The position numbers and the translations under genes are program-made. Below, piece after piece: positions 9,771 to 22,000 of a stretch of DNA of 43,905 nt (positions are counted from its first letter, which is position 1; every line of letters begins with the position of its first letter). Origin of the DNA: Psammoneis japonica (Eukaryota); assembly GCA_008632985.1 (NCBI GenBank), contig QPGO01000232.1, forward strand, positions 62,001 to 105,905. The letters are read 5' to 3'. The notes below the pieces were generated by a model. The model searched no databases. It worked only from the letters and a program-made list of their open reading frames with translations, and was not told the origin of the DNA.

Positions 9771-11191
9771 CTGGGCATTGCGGTTTCTTCAGCAGCCTGT
9801 TGCCGTCGCACATCCTCTGCTTCTCGTGCAGCAGCACGGGTCCGTCGTCGAGGCCCAACTATACTGCGCTCTGTAAAGTGGCATATAAAGCTTCTCCACT
9901 TGTCGATTGGTAATGTTGTCCCAAATGCCGTCAAAGTTGGCTTGGCATTTGGGCGGTGTATTCACCACACAAATCGACTCCCAATTTCCTACATACACGG
10001 GCAAAGCTCGACAGGTTGTAACTTCCAATATCGGTGTACGTATCGGTAATAAGGGATTTCTCATGCAAATGGACCTTATTACTCGATTCGCACGGGGAGT
10101 CTGTTGGGTTTCCTAGACGAATTTCCATGTTTTCGAGAAAAAACACTTTCCCATGTTGATCAACAAATCCTTCCAATGCTATCTTTTACTCTTGTCATTT
10201 GGATGAAGGATAATTCTGACATCACGCGACCATCCGGCATGAACGAGCAAATCAATCGCTATATATCGGATTTGTCAGAGAGAGTAGCAGAAAAGGCGCA
10301 CCACAGAATTATACGTGGAGCAGCGTCAAGGACCCAAGCGATAACTCGGAGCGGATGATCTGCTGGAGTCCTTCGAGGATCACCATTCAGGTACGATAAT
10401 AGTGACTTGGGATGGGAACAAATAAGTACCGCTCTTCCGGTGTATATTTGGGCCTTGGTAAAAGCTGACAAGGCGGGTATCGAAATATACCTCTCCTCGT
10501 TGCAAATCTGGGGTCAACGAGGCGTAATACTGTTGTATATGAGGAAATGTATCGTCATCATCAGCCTCGTTGAAATGCTCTTCGAAGCCTTCGGCGTCCT
10601 CGTCAAATAGGCGGTGATCTTCCGCATGAGTGCAATAATTTCCTTATTCAACACCATATCTTATAGCGGAACTCCTACTTCAACTCGTGGAGTATTCGAC
10701 TGTCTCGTATCTCGTTGTCGCGTGATGCTGTTGACGTCGATGATAAATATTGTTGTTTATCACTGTTGAAGCTGTTATCGTTTGCTGTTGTAGTTGTTGG
10801 ATTGATTTGATGTTGTTGTGGCTGCGATTGAAATTTTAGGCTCCCGTGCTGATTGTGCATCCTTATTTCTGATAGAGCTACACGGGCAGCTCTCAAAGAA
10901 CAGTCATTAGAGGGAATGAATCGAATCATTATTTGCAGTTCTTTTGACATTGGTGCAAGGACTGCATCAGCAGCGACAACAAGATAGTTGTTGAGTTTCA
11001 AGGGTAGCGCAATCGTCGCGGTTATGCTATGAAATGATGCAGCTAACAATAAGGCGCAACGCCACGACTATGCTTTCAACACTATTCAGTCAGAAAAATC
11101 TTGCGCTAGAGAAGGCGGTCTTGCCAGCTTTTGGTCTCTTTAGGAATGCGGATTTAAAGTATGCACCTAAATTTTACTCTGAAGAAAAAGA

Positions 11192-12966
11192 CTATCGTGC
11201 AGCAGAGGCGACGGTGTAGGTCCCAGAGCTTGAGTTGGGATTGCCGCAACTCTGCAAATCCACACAAATGGCAGAAAAATTGTCGCCAGATCCGCGTGAC
11301 CTACAATGATACAGATGGGATATACACAATGACAAGAACGTGAGTGTGGTCCCCGGAACAATACACAGTAAATCGTTATCATGCGACAAACGTATGCAAA
11401 ACAGGTGTGGTATCAAAACTTACCTGGCATAATTGCACAGTTTCTTGGCGGTCCACTTGAAGCGATCTGTATCTATAACTAAATCATGGTTATCCTCGTC
11501 TTGTAGTAGTGCCGTGGTGCTTTCAGGACAAGACTCATTAAGGACAATTCTTGCAGCTTCTTCATTGCTAACAGTATCCCAAACTCCGTCACTGGACAAA
11601 ATGAGGAACAAATCGTCGGGTTGCACGTCGTATTCACAAACCTCGGGTTCGGCCGTCACGTAGGGTTTGAGAGCTGCATCGCCAATACCACGAGACACTG
11701 CGAGCAGTCCTTCGACACGCCACTGCTTTTGCCAAAACACAACCTTACCACCCAATTCTTCAATGCGTGTTCGTTCACTATTGGCACCGGGTTTGTGATC
11801 ACGACAGACGCGAACAACCGACCCGTCTTGTTTGACGACAATGGCACGAGAATCACCCGCATTGGCACAAACAATACGCTTCCCTCCGACAATCGACACG
11901 GTACAAGCCGTCGTTCCGTCGGCATTGCCGGTTAAACAAAAATCTTGATCCATGACGGTGTACGTATTCTTCATGGCAAGTCCCAAATCGTGTGGATAGG
12001 TACGTTGATTCTTGAGATAGGACGACATCCAATCGGCACAATACTGACTAGCCTTATCACCACCGTGTCCATCAAAGATACCAAAAAAGGAAATGGGCAT
12101 TTTGACTCGAGTCTTGATGGGTACAACGTGATTGGAAGTATCATCCATGTCGCTGTCTACAGAAACACTGCTGCTGCTCATCAACTCGACTTGTACCGCA
12201 CCCATACTTTCCACGACATATCTGAGTACAAAAAAATAGAGTGAGTAAAGAGAACACATTTCCACATCCGCAGTATTCTACAAAACACTACTACTCACCG
12301 ATCCTCCATATAAGGACGCATACCGACGTGACTCCAATGACTGACATTGAGACGGACACCATTGGGTCGTAACGAACGCTTGGTTCCTTCGGGCGGTTGT
12401 GGCAAAGAGCCATCACCAATGGACGTTCGTAGAGAATATCGAATATCCGATACAATGGATCTTGGTGATTCCAACAAGACTTGTGTATCCATTACGGCAC
12501 TGGAATATAACAAGCTGGAGTCGTCGTCGTTGTCGTCTTTTTTGGATCGTTGTCGTGGCGGAGTATTGAGTGGCGAGGGAGGCTCGGTCCTGGTACTTTT
12601 ATCCGATGGAGATCGTGTTAGAAATCGTGGTGCCAATGAACACGATTTGGTCGGCTTATCGTCGCGATCCTTTTCGTCATGGTCGTCGCTGTAGAGTGTA
12701 TACGATCGATCTTGATTGTTGTTGTTGCTGCTGCTGTTCATTGGTTTGACTGTCGTTCTTGTTGTAGTATCGTTCAAAAAATCCCAACTACTACTACTCG
12801 TCAACAAACTCTTGCGTGAACTCCAGAGCGAATCCCATGAATGCTTTCCGTCGTTATCATTATTGTCATCATCATTATGATCATCCGACAGACGAATCTG
12901 TTCCACTTCGGTGGCTGTGAGCAATCCTACCGATTCGTTTCGTTTGGAACGACGTTGTAGGACCAT
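11192..12966 (-). CDS. PP2C/PPM-family Ser/Thr phosphatase; exons 12966-12299, 12221-11424, 11300-11192
   Basis: Motifs GMRPYMEDR, FFGIFDGHGG, GTTA, ANAGDSRA, DHKP, LAVSRGIGD, LILSSDGVWD and GSGDNFSAICVDL. The GT-AG introns at 12298-12222 and 11423-11301 keep the frame. Long disordered N-terminus. Confidence 0.93.
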
Positions 12967-14268
12967 GATGCTATTTTTCGTTTATGTGGGGGGAGTTGCT
13001 CCTTTTGTTCTCATTAACAGCATGAATGACAAGCATACACCTAAGGATCGCAATGTAATATTAAAAGAAGAGTGAGCGTGAATTCTGGGGCCGCAAACAT
13101 TGACGGGTTTGACAAAAGCAGAACAGAAAAACAAACATGTTGTGCGTCTGTAGCGTCTGTCTCAAATTACTATTCAACAGTCAAGAAAACACACAAAATA
13201 AAGAAACGATTCATCACAATCCACCAATGAAAAGAAGAAGCAAACCGCATATGGGAGGCGGTGCGCAACGTGAATCAGTCGCATACTACGGTAGGTTCGG
13301 AGTCGCGTTTTCTCTTTGTCTCTCTTTTTCGTTCCATCATGTATTTTGACTCGCTTCTCTCTCAAGCGACAGACACTGCTGTAATAGCTCATACGAAACA
13401 GTCACTACGAGATAGTATCAGCAACATATTCTCTCATTGCTCCACCATCACCTTACCATATTCCAACAATCGACAACAACAAGATGCGTCGCAGCCATTC
13501 AGCAGACTTTTTGTTCTTCAACCCGAGGATGGAAGCACATGCAACGGGTCGCGTTTGGGAGACCCGGCTTTGATGTAGAATCTACGTCTCTTCTCGTATG
13601 TACCGCATGTTGGCGGTTGGTGGACTCGCAAAACTGACTTATCCACAACCAATGTATTTATACAAAATTATAGAAAATTATAAGAGGTGTTCAACGGAAA
13701 GAGCCGTAATGGCCTCAATACAAACTATCATACTCCCCATTCACTATCCAAAATGACTACTCTCCATAATTTTTGGATCGGGTCCGTTGAATACATTATC
13801 AAAAAGACTGCAAATATACTTTTGAATTGTATACGAATCTTTTGAATCCTATTTAAAATGCGTTTCGAACCGCCCGGATCGCCAATTTGAATTTTTGCGT
13901 TCAATTTTTTCATCGTTGGCAAAACATCCTCACAAAAACCGAACCGCATCATCATGACCAAGAAAAACGCCGTACCGTGGTTGTCGTCGTCATCATTCGC
14001 ACAGGAGGATGATTGGGAAACAAACATGTCATTAAAACCATCCATGCCGAGTGATGATGATTTGGATCAAGTGGTATGTATCGTGTTTGTCGTGTTTCGG
14101 AGTAAATGATGGTTTGTGTATCGGAGAAACAATGAGACATTGGCGATGACGCGCGTCATCATTACGAGGCCATTCTATTGTGCATGAGGCTTCGCATTTT
14201 TGTTTTTGGTTTGCGTTTCGTCAACAACAATACGGCTCACACTACTAGTTATTGCTATTACAACAAAT

Positions 14269-16810
14269 ATGCAGCCACTGTACAAGGTCCAACCCAAGTC
14301 GGAACAACGATCCGTCTTTGAAAATGCCCGCAATCATGTCAAGCCCGGAAGCTTTTTCCAATTTCTAACCTATCTCTACGCGGAACGCAAGTTTATTCTT
14401 GTCATCTTGATTCACTTTGTTTGTACCATGGTTATTTGGGGTGAGTAGAGTATATTGTATGATTGAGTTGTGTGTATGATTTGCTTACTAATCTCAAACA
14501 TACCGCCGCACCTCTATACCGTACTCCATCACATTACGTACGACAGCCACTTCTTTGTGGTCAAGTTTCATCAGCAAGAAAACAAAGTACCCGAGGACGC
14601 CAATCGCTATTGGTGGAAACGTCTTGCCCCGCCGCTCGAGTTTGGAGCCATGCATGCCATTTTGTTTCAAATGGCACTCCTACCCCTCACCATGGCTCGG
14701 CTCTCTATCGCGGCCGCGTCCAAAACCTCTCTCAACACGTACTTTCCATTCAACAAGAGCCAGCGCATTCATATTCATTTGGGATACGTCTTTGGGAGCA
14801 TTGTTGTGATTGCCACTATTTTCTTTTTTGCCTTTTTTGGATTGCTTTGTTCCGATGGCGAACAAGCTTTTGTGACAAGTTTACGTCGGAAATCATGATT
14901 ACGGGGTACATTACCGTGGCCTTTGTCTTGATTATCTTGTCCACGTCATTTTTTCGGGATTACATGCCATACGAAGTCTTTTATGGCATTCATCATTTGG
15001 TATTTGCCATGTACCTTGTGGTCTTGTTGCATACGATTGATATCAACGTGCGAAAGGACGGACAGAATCGGAGTCAAACCTTCAAGTGGTTTTCGGCGAC
15101 GCTCTTGTACTACGTGTCGGACCGCCTTGCCATGCGCTTAATCATCGCTACAAGACGCGTGTCTTGCAAGCCAAAATTGTCAAGAATACAAAGTCGAGCA
15201 TGATTTTGCTACAGCTCAGACGACCCTCCTTGTTTCAATACGAACCGGGTCAGTATGCACATCTGCGGTTTCCCGACATTGATTCGTATTGGCATCCCTT
15301 TTCGATTGGTAGCAGTCCGGATTCCAACGTGTTGGAGTTTTATATTGAAGTCTATGACGACAAATCGTGGACGGGACGACTCTGTCAATTGTTGGGTAAT
15401 GACGTTAGCCACGAGAATGTTCGTGTTCAAGTCATGGGCCCGTACGGAACACGCTTGGGTGATACTCATCGATACTCTCATGCCATGGCTATTGGCAGTG
15501 GTTCTGGTGTCGTTCCTATTTTGGGTCTCTACAAAAAGCACATTTGTCAGCTACTTCGATTGGATCCACAAACATACTTTGAAGAACAAGCACAGATGCA
15601 TTCACAACTGAAGCGTATGGAACGAGCGCGAGAACAAACACGCGGGTCGTGGCTCAACTACTTTTTGCGGTGTTCACCTCAACCGACGCGACACGAAATG
15701 GGTGTTATTTCTGGAATCTTTGATTCGAGCGATGCCGAAACCAAGGACTTGCGAGAGGCGGCCAAGCGTGCGTCTTTAACCATTTATGGCGTCAATATAT
15801 TGATGCAACTGGTTGTCTTGGGAGTTACCATGTTGGGATTGACCTTATCGTGGAATACCATGCCGTTTGAACTCTACGACGGCATGCGAGAAGTGTTGAT
15901 TGTTGGCTCGATTGTGTTTCAAGGCGCCTTTGCCGTTGTGTCGATTGGATACTGGGACCGCGGCTCGTTGCTGGCGTATGTTGATGTCTTGATTGTCATT
16001 GCTGGTGCCGTGGCGAATTGGTATTGGTTTGAATACGACAAGTGGGCTAACTTTGAAGCGGCTGAACATGTGTATTATATCTTGCTGTTTGGATACATGA
16101 CGGCGCGATTGTGGCATTCGGCCGTCAAGCCACGATACTGTTCGTTGCGGAGCAGTTTGGAACGACAACACACGAGTTCAGCATTGGACAAGCTGCACTT
16201 TGTTTGGATTACGCGTTCATCCACCAACGTTTTGAAGATTGCACCCACAATCATGCAAGAATGGAATGCGCTTGTTGCGGCGTGGGGATTGGAGAATGCC
16301 GTCAAGGTGTGTCAGGTTTCTATTTACGTTACCGACAAGGACAAGGCCGCCGTGGACTATCTCAAGCAGGAGTTGTCCAAGATGCCCCTTTACAAGCAAG
16401 GTGCATTCCATTATGAGCGTCCTGACATTTCCAAATTGTTGGAAGAGCATGCCATGGAACGCATTTATGATGAGAGTCGTCCCACCTCGTCTACCCTCTT
16501 GTGCTTTTGCGGATCTCCCAAGCTATCATCAGTGATAAGCAAAGCCAAGACCATTGTGGATATATCAACAATGATTACGGGAAACAAGTACCACCAAATG
16601 GATTTCGTTTCCGAGAGTTACAGTGCCTACACGAAGCGTCCGTCGTCGTCGAACAATAGCAACGCGGTAGTTGTCGCTGCCTCGGCAAAGACGCCACAGT
16701 ACAGTGTCTTTATGGATTCACCCAGCTTTATGGAGAAGCAACATTCGGGAGATGAATTGGATACGACGGATACCTTTGAAGACAATGAGGACCACCTTAT
16801 TTCCATTTGA
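14269..16810 (+). CDS. NOX: NADPH oxidase / ferric reductase-like (NOX/RBOH) copy 1; exon 1 14269-14440, intron 14441-14546; three 1-bp indels (~14547, ~14869, ~15137)
   Basis: Heme-ligating His in TM helices (IHIHLG, GIHHL..LLH), PGQY, WHPFS (FAD), GPYG, GSGSGVVP, LHFVWITR and CFCGSP (NADPH). Four extra TM helices lie inside the NADPH domain, as in red-algal/diatom NOX. Indels inferred from copy 2. Confidence 0.9.
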
Positions 16811-17019
16811 GACTACAGAGGATCGTGGACGGCACGCAACTTTAGAATTGTTTTAGTTTACCTTGCGCATTTATAATTTATAACTACCTCAGCATACATT
16901 GATTGTCTTCAGCCTGTGATTCATAACTACCCCAGCATGCATTGATCGATTTCAGCTTTTGTGTGTTAGTCTTTTCAATTGAGAACTAGATGCATTTACA
17001 ATGCCTCCAGTTCCATTTG

Positions 17020-17950
17020 AGATGTGCATCTGGCTTTTAGAGGCACATGCTGGGAAGCCATTTTGCTTCATTTTTCCTTGAGCAACTTCCACAAGAAGCT
17101 CGAAAATGCCCAACCTGGCCTGATTGCGAAAGTTCTGCGTGCAGCCAAGATGGAAGACTGCAATGGATCTCCAACTCCTGCCCTTCCCATCTCTGTTGGC
17201 AGTGACACAGAAGGCCCACCATTCGATGAACCTTGTGACTGCCGATCTGTGGTTGGCATGTTGATGCATCCAGTGCCCAACAGCCGTCTGGACATCATCT
17301 GCACTACCCATCAATTTGCTTGGTTCTCCTGTGCTCCAAAAGCCTCCCATGCCATTGCTGTCCAATGCATTCTTTGACACTTGAAGGACACGACTGACAA
17401 AGGGCTCATCCCAGCCCCAACCATGGATCAACGACTTGATTGTCATGTTGATGCCAATTTTGTGGGTCTCTTCCATGTTGAGGATGGACAGGTTCCTGCT
17501 TCTGTTAAGTCTCGCACAGGATGTCCAAGCTGCAGCGGCCCCTCATGGTTTTGTCTCTGCTGTTGGAGGCAGAGAATGTTTCTCTCCCAATCAATGCATG
17601 GCCTCATTCCCCTTTGTGAGATCTTGAAGGAAATCAATGCACATGCTTTTGGTCAGCTGGACAGGAAGAATGGCATCACCACACATGCCAAGGCTTTCCA
17701 ACCCACCAACGATGGAACCAATGCACCCCCCATTGCCTCTGCCAGCATCAGCTTGCTCACACGCCAAAACTGTCCCCACAAACCAAGCACACCATCGTGC
17801 CTTGTCACCAGTTTTGTGCTGAAGTTGAGGCTTTGGAGATCAAGATTGAGCCTGTCAGCTCTGCTGCACAGCTTGCTGACCAGTTTGCTGGGGGTTTGAC
17901 TGCTGCTGATCTGTTCTGCACTTGTTGTGGGGCCCTCATGGGCTGGCGAC
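17020..17950 (+). mobile_element. Decayed Ty1/copia RT-RNaseH fragment, copy 1
   Basis: QPGLIAKVL..MEDCN..PTP, DCRSVVGMLMH, LDCHVDANF, SVKSRTG, QLADQF and LMGW are copia pol C-terminal motifs, with Tyr->Cys/His changes, stops and deletions. Confidence 0.9.
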
Positions 17951-19060
17951 TGTTTGTCCTGCTTCTCTTGATTTTGCAGGCAGGCTGTGAGAAAATGAGT
18001 CAATTTGCTGCTGTTCTGTTGCTTTCCCCAAACAACAATGGCAAGTCTGCCACCCGTGGCAGAATGTGCAATCAAGGAATTGCTGCGGCAACATGAAGAA
18101 AACGCAGCAAGCCACCAAGGAAGAAGAGTGTCCGTCAACGGCTGTTTTGGAGGTCCTGCTTCACTTGAGCTGCACCAATGTAAAAGTGATGCAGGCTTCA
18201 CACTTTTTCATCTTGCAGTCTTCTTTGCAAACATCCTTTTGAAATGCCTGGCACCACGTGCAAAGCTTTTGGGTCCATCAGGAATGAACCGCTCTCACAG
18301 CTCTTTTTGTGCTCGATCGACGACAATGGGGTGAACAACCCAAGGTCCAAATTGTCATGGGTCTTTTTGGCAAATGCAAATGACTGTGCACCAGAGTGGA
18401 GTGGCTTTCCATGAGACAACAAACGCCAACGTTGGAAGACAAGGGTGGGTCTTTTTTCAACAATGGCAGACTTGACAACATGCATTGATTGACCGAGGTG
18501 GCAAAACATGCCACGTGTGCACCAACAACAGCATCATCATTTCTGCTCGACAACAACAGGGGATGATTTCGATTGGTGTTGTTGGTTTGGTTGTTGATGT
18601 TGAAGTGAAGTGCGGCATTGGCGGCCTCTCTTTTTGGCACGCACCGGCCGGCTGGCACGCACCGGTGTGACTGCACCTATGTGGGTGACAGACGGACGGA
18701 CCAACCGGATGGCCACATAGTACGCCCGCCTAAAACCAACATGCGTGCAGCGCAACGCTTGAACCGCACGATCGTTCATCGCGGGAATAAGCATGCAAGC
18801 AGTTGGAAGTTGAAGTTATTGGTTATTGTTCTGTTGTTCTTCTGTTGCTTCATTTAATTCGTTCCTGCCCTTGTCTCACGGGCAAGCGTCGCTGTTCTAC
18901 AGCATAATCGATCTCGCCTTGTTGCCATTGTGTTGGTGCCTGTCTCCTTTGCAGTTGCGTTTCTGCTGAGCAGAGGAACCACCTCTTGTCTCGCGTCTCA
19001 CCGATCCGGACTCCGCAATTTTGATTCTGCATCTCGCAGAAAGACACAAAAACAGCAGAC

Positions 19061-22000
19061 ATGCTTGGTGACATCATCGCCGGCATAGAAGCGGCTTTCA
19101 ACTTGTGCGCCGTGATTTACAAGAGCTATGAAACGGTAAAGATCATGCCGGATTTGGCCAAGACCCTCAAGGACCGCGTACAAATATTCAAACCGCGACT
19201 CGAGAAACTCGTTAGGGAATGCCAGGCATCAGGCACATCACAGAAGGTAATTCCGCTTTTGCATATTCAAAGCTTGAACACGGTGTTGGGTGACATTCAA
19301 AAGTACATGAAGAAGCTTCAGGATGACTCTAAACTACGAAAGTTGAAGAATCGGGTGTTTTATCAGAGTCTCCTGGATGAATATGAAGAGCTCAACACCA
19401 AGCTCAATCGTTGTCGGGATGATCTTAAATTTGACTTTGAGTTTGATGTCGATGCCGAGAGAAAAGCGTTTGAGAATGAAACGAAAGGTCTCCTACAGTG
19501 TCTTATTGATCATCAGGGTCAAGAGCACCGTATTCTGCGCGAGATGCTTTCTGAAGTCCTCAGGTTCATCAAGGGTCACAAAGCGCTAAATCTCAATGAA
19601 CAAAACAGTCCTGCTATTGTGACCGCTTCTGCATTTATGGACAATAGTGACTCTGCAACTCTACGAGCTATCATTGATGAGCAGAGTGCCATTGAATATG
19701 AACTCCCGCCATCGGAGGTCGTTTTAGAAGATATCGAGCTTGGAGCAGGCACCTTTGGTGTCGTATACAAGGCAACATACAATAATCAAGATGTTGCCAT
19801 CAAGAAGCCTCATCGTCGAGAATCGGATGTTTGGCGGAACTCATGAACCAAGAAAGATGCAGCGGCTCGCCTTTTGTTGCCCTTATACACGGCTTTGTTT
19901 ATGTCAATGAGATTCGGTCTATTGTTATGGAGTTCATGCCATGTGGTACTCTAGGAGGTCTACTACGCCACGCAATGGGAAGGGATGGGATTGTGTCCAT
20001 CAGCAAGGACCAGCAAAGTCTCGAGGCCACACTAGCTGCGTACACAGTAATTCAGCTCTTTCACAAGGTTAGTGAGGGAATGCGATTCATCAGTCAACGT
20101 AATGTGATACACCGCGACCTCAAGCCGGAGAATATTCTTCTAAGTCAAACTCTTGACCCCAAGATTGGGGATTTTGGGTCTGCTCGAGAGCTCGCAAACA
20201 GCGCGACTCACCTTTCGGGATCCGCTGCTGGATCTGTATACTATATGGCTCCGGAAGTATTGACGGTCCTTAAAGCTGACAAAGGACAATACTCCTATCC
20301 TGCCGACCAGTACAGTTTTGGAATGATCATGGTTAAATGCTGCCATGGTCTGTTTGGTCAGCAGTCTCGTGTGGACCGGCACGACGAGGACGCGCCTCTT
20401 CCAGAGATTCCTCTTCCTGATGCGTTCCCTTCTTCGGTAACAGATATCAAGAACAATTGCATTGCTTCAGACCCATTGATGCGCTATGGTCGTGGCACCG
20501 CTTCAGAATCACTTCTATCAGAAGCGTTCGAGAAGGTACTGCAGCAATTGGATAGCTCTGTCTCTTATCCAAAGATTGATGGGTATTATGGTGACGACGT
20601 TGCAGAGGTGGCAAATATTGCTCGGATCGCTTTTGAGAGTAAGACGCATCGTGGGGTATCTGGCATTATAACTTCGTCCTCATCGCTGATCCCAACACCC
20701 GGCATGGAGAAGAAGCCATTGAAGGACGGAGAGCCGAGCTACTCCACCGCGTCCTTGTCACATTCGTCTACATCCGCGAAAGAACCGGTTCCTCGTGCAA
20801 GGAAGGAGAAGAAAAAGAAGAAACCGACTGCTGATCTCCGAGTTCAAAAAGAGCAAAGTGCATCGTCTCGCAGAAAAAAGCGTCCTGATCTCCGAGTTCA
20901 AAAAGAGCAAAGTGCATCGTCTCGCAGGAAAAAGCGTCCAACTCGTTCCGGCAGCTCGAAAGAAAAAGGACAACCAGCGCAAACTGGATCATCAGCAATT
21001 GCTTCAAGTGGTCACAATGACAGTGCTGAAAGAGAACGGGGCGTTAAGGACGAGACGCAAAATACAAGCGAATATCATAGCCGCACCAGTCGGGAGAGGT
21101 CCGTCAACAGCACAGCCACAGCAAGCCTTGCGCTATCGGCTGCCGCGTATGTCGCGCCAGATGCTTTCACAGTGACGTCTGGAGACCAAGCTGCACAACC
21201 CGAAGAACCGGACAGAGATGACCGCGTCACAGTTACTTCAGATTCCAACAAAGTGATGGAGATGGATCCAGCACAAGTCGTAGAGGCGGTTCCTGCTACT
21301 TCTGATGGTGGTGGTGGCGGACAGAATGAGAAAGCAAATGACACAACGCGAATTAGTGACGAGGATGAGAATGCTGAAGATGAGCTTCATCGCAAGTACC
21401 TTCGCAAACGATTCATTATTCCGGGCGTTGTATTGTTGGCGATTGCAGCGATTGTCAGTATTGTTGTTGCAGTAAAGCCGTGGGACACAGGTGGTGGAGG
21501 GAGCCCCACTTTCCCCCCTACTGTTTCCCCTACTGTTGCACCCGCCACAGAGACTACCGAACGAGCCACCGGTTTGGTCATGAGTTTGATTGGTATTGAT
21601 ACCGAGTTTGATGAAAATGATTCCGAGTTGTGGGCTACGGCAACCAAAGCATTCGTCGAGGATTATTACAACACTCGTCGTCGTCGTCGTGGCCTTGGCT
21701 ATCTCCAGACCCCTCGTATATTACAAGTATCGAATATACAGAATGTCGAGACGTCTTTGGATGTTACTAACACCATTGTGGTTGAAGATGGCAATGGTGG
21801 AGAACCATCCCTTCGAGTCACATACAACCAAGCTATCACGTATACTTTTGAAGACAGCAGCAACGAAAACATTTCCATGGATGCCATGGTGACCGAACCA
21901 TTCAAGACGTCTGATAGTCGATCGGCCTACCAAAAAGACCTCCAGGCGGCGGGCACCAGTGCTGGAAGCAACATTTTTGACAATTTGATTGGCACTAGTG

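Noticed and set aside
9780..11050. Short minus-strand ORFs upstream of the NTT pseudogene as a fused extra domain or separate gene
   Set aside because: No recognisable motif or consistent frame; cannot be supported without a search.
19820..19850. Frameshifts in the receptor and NOX genes read as pseudogenisation or programmed frameshifting
   Set aside because: They are 1-bp indels, mostly in short homopolymers, at different places in each copy and complemented by the other copy, which is typical of long-read error. Needs read polishing to be certain.
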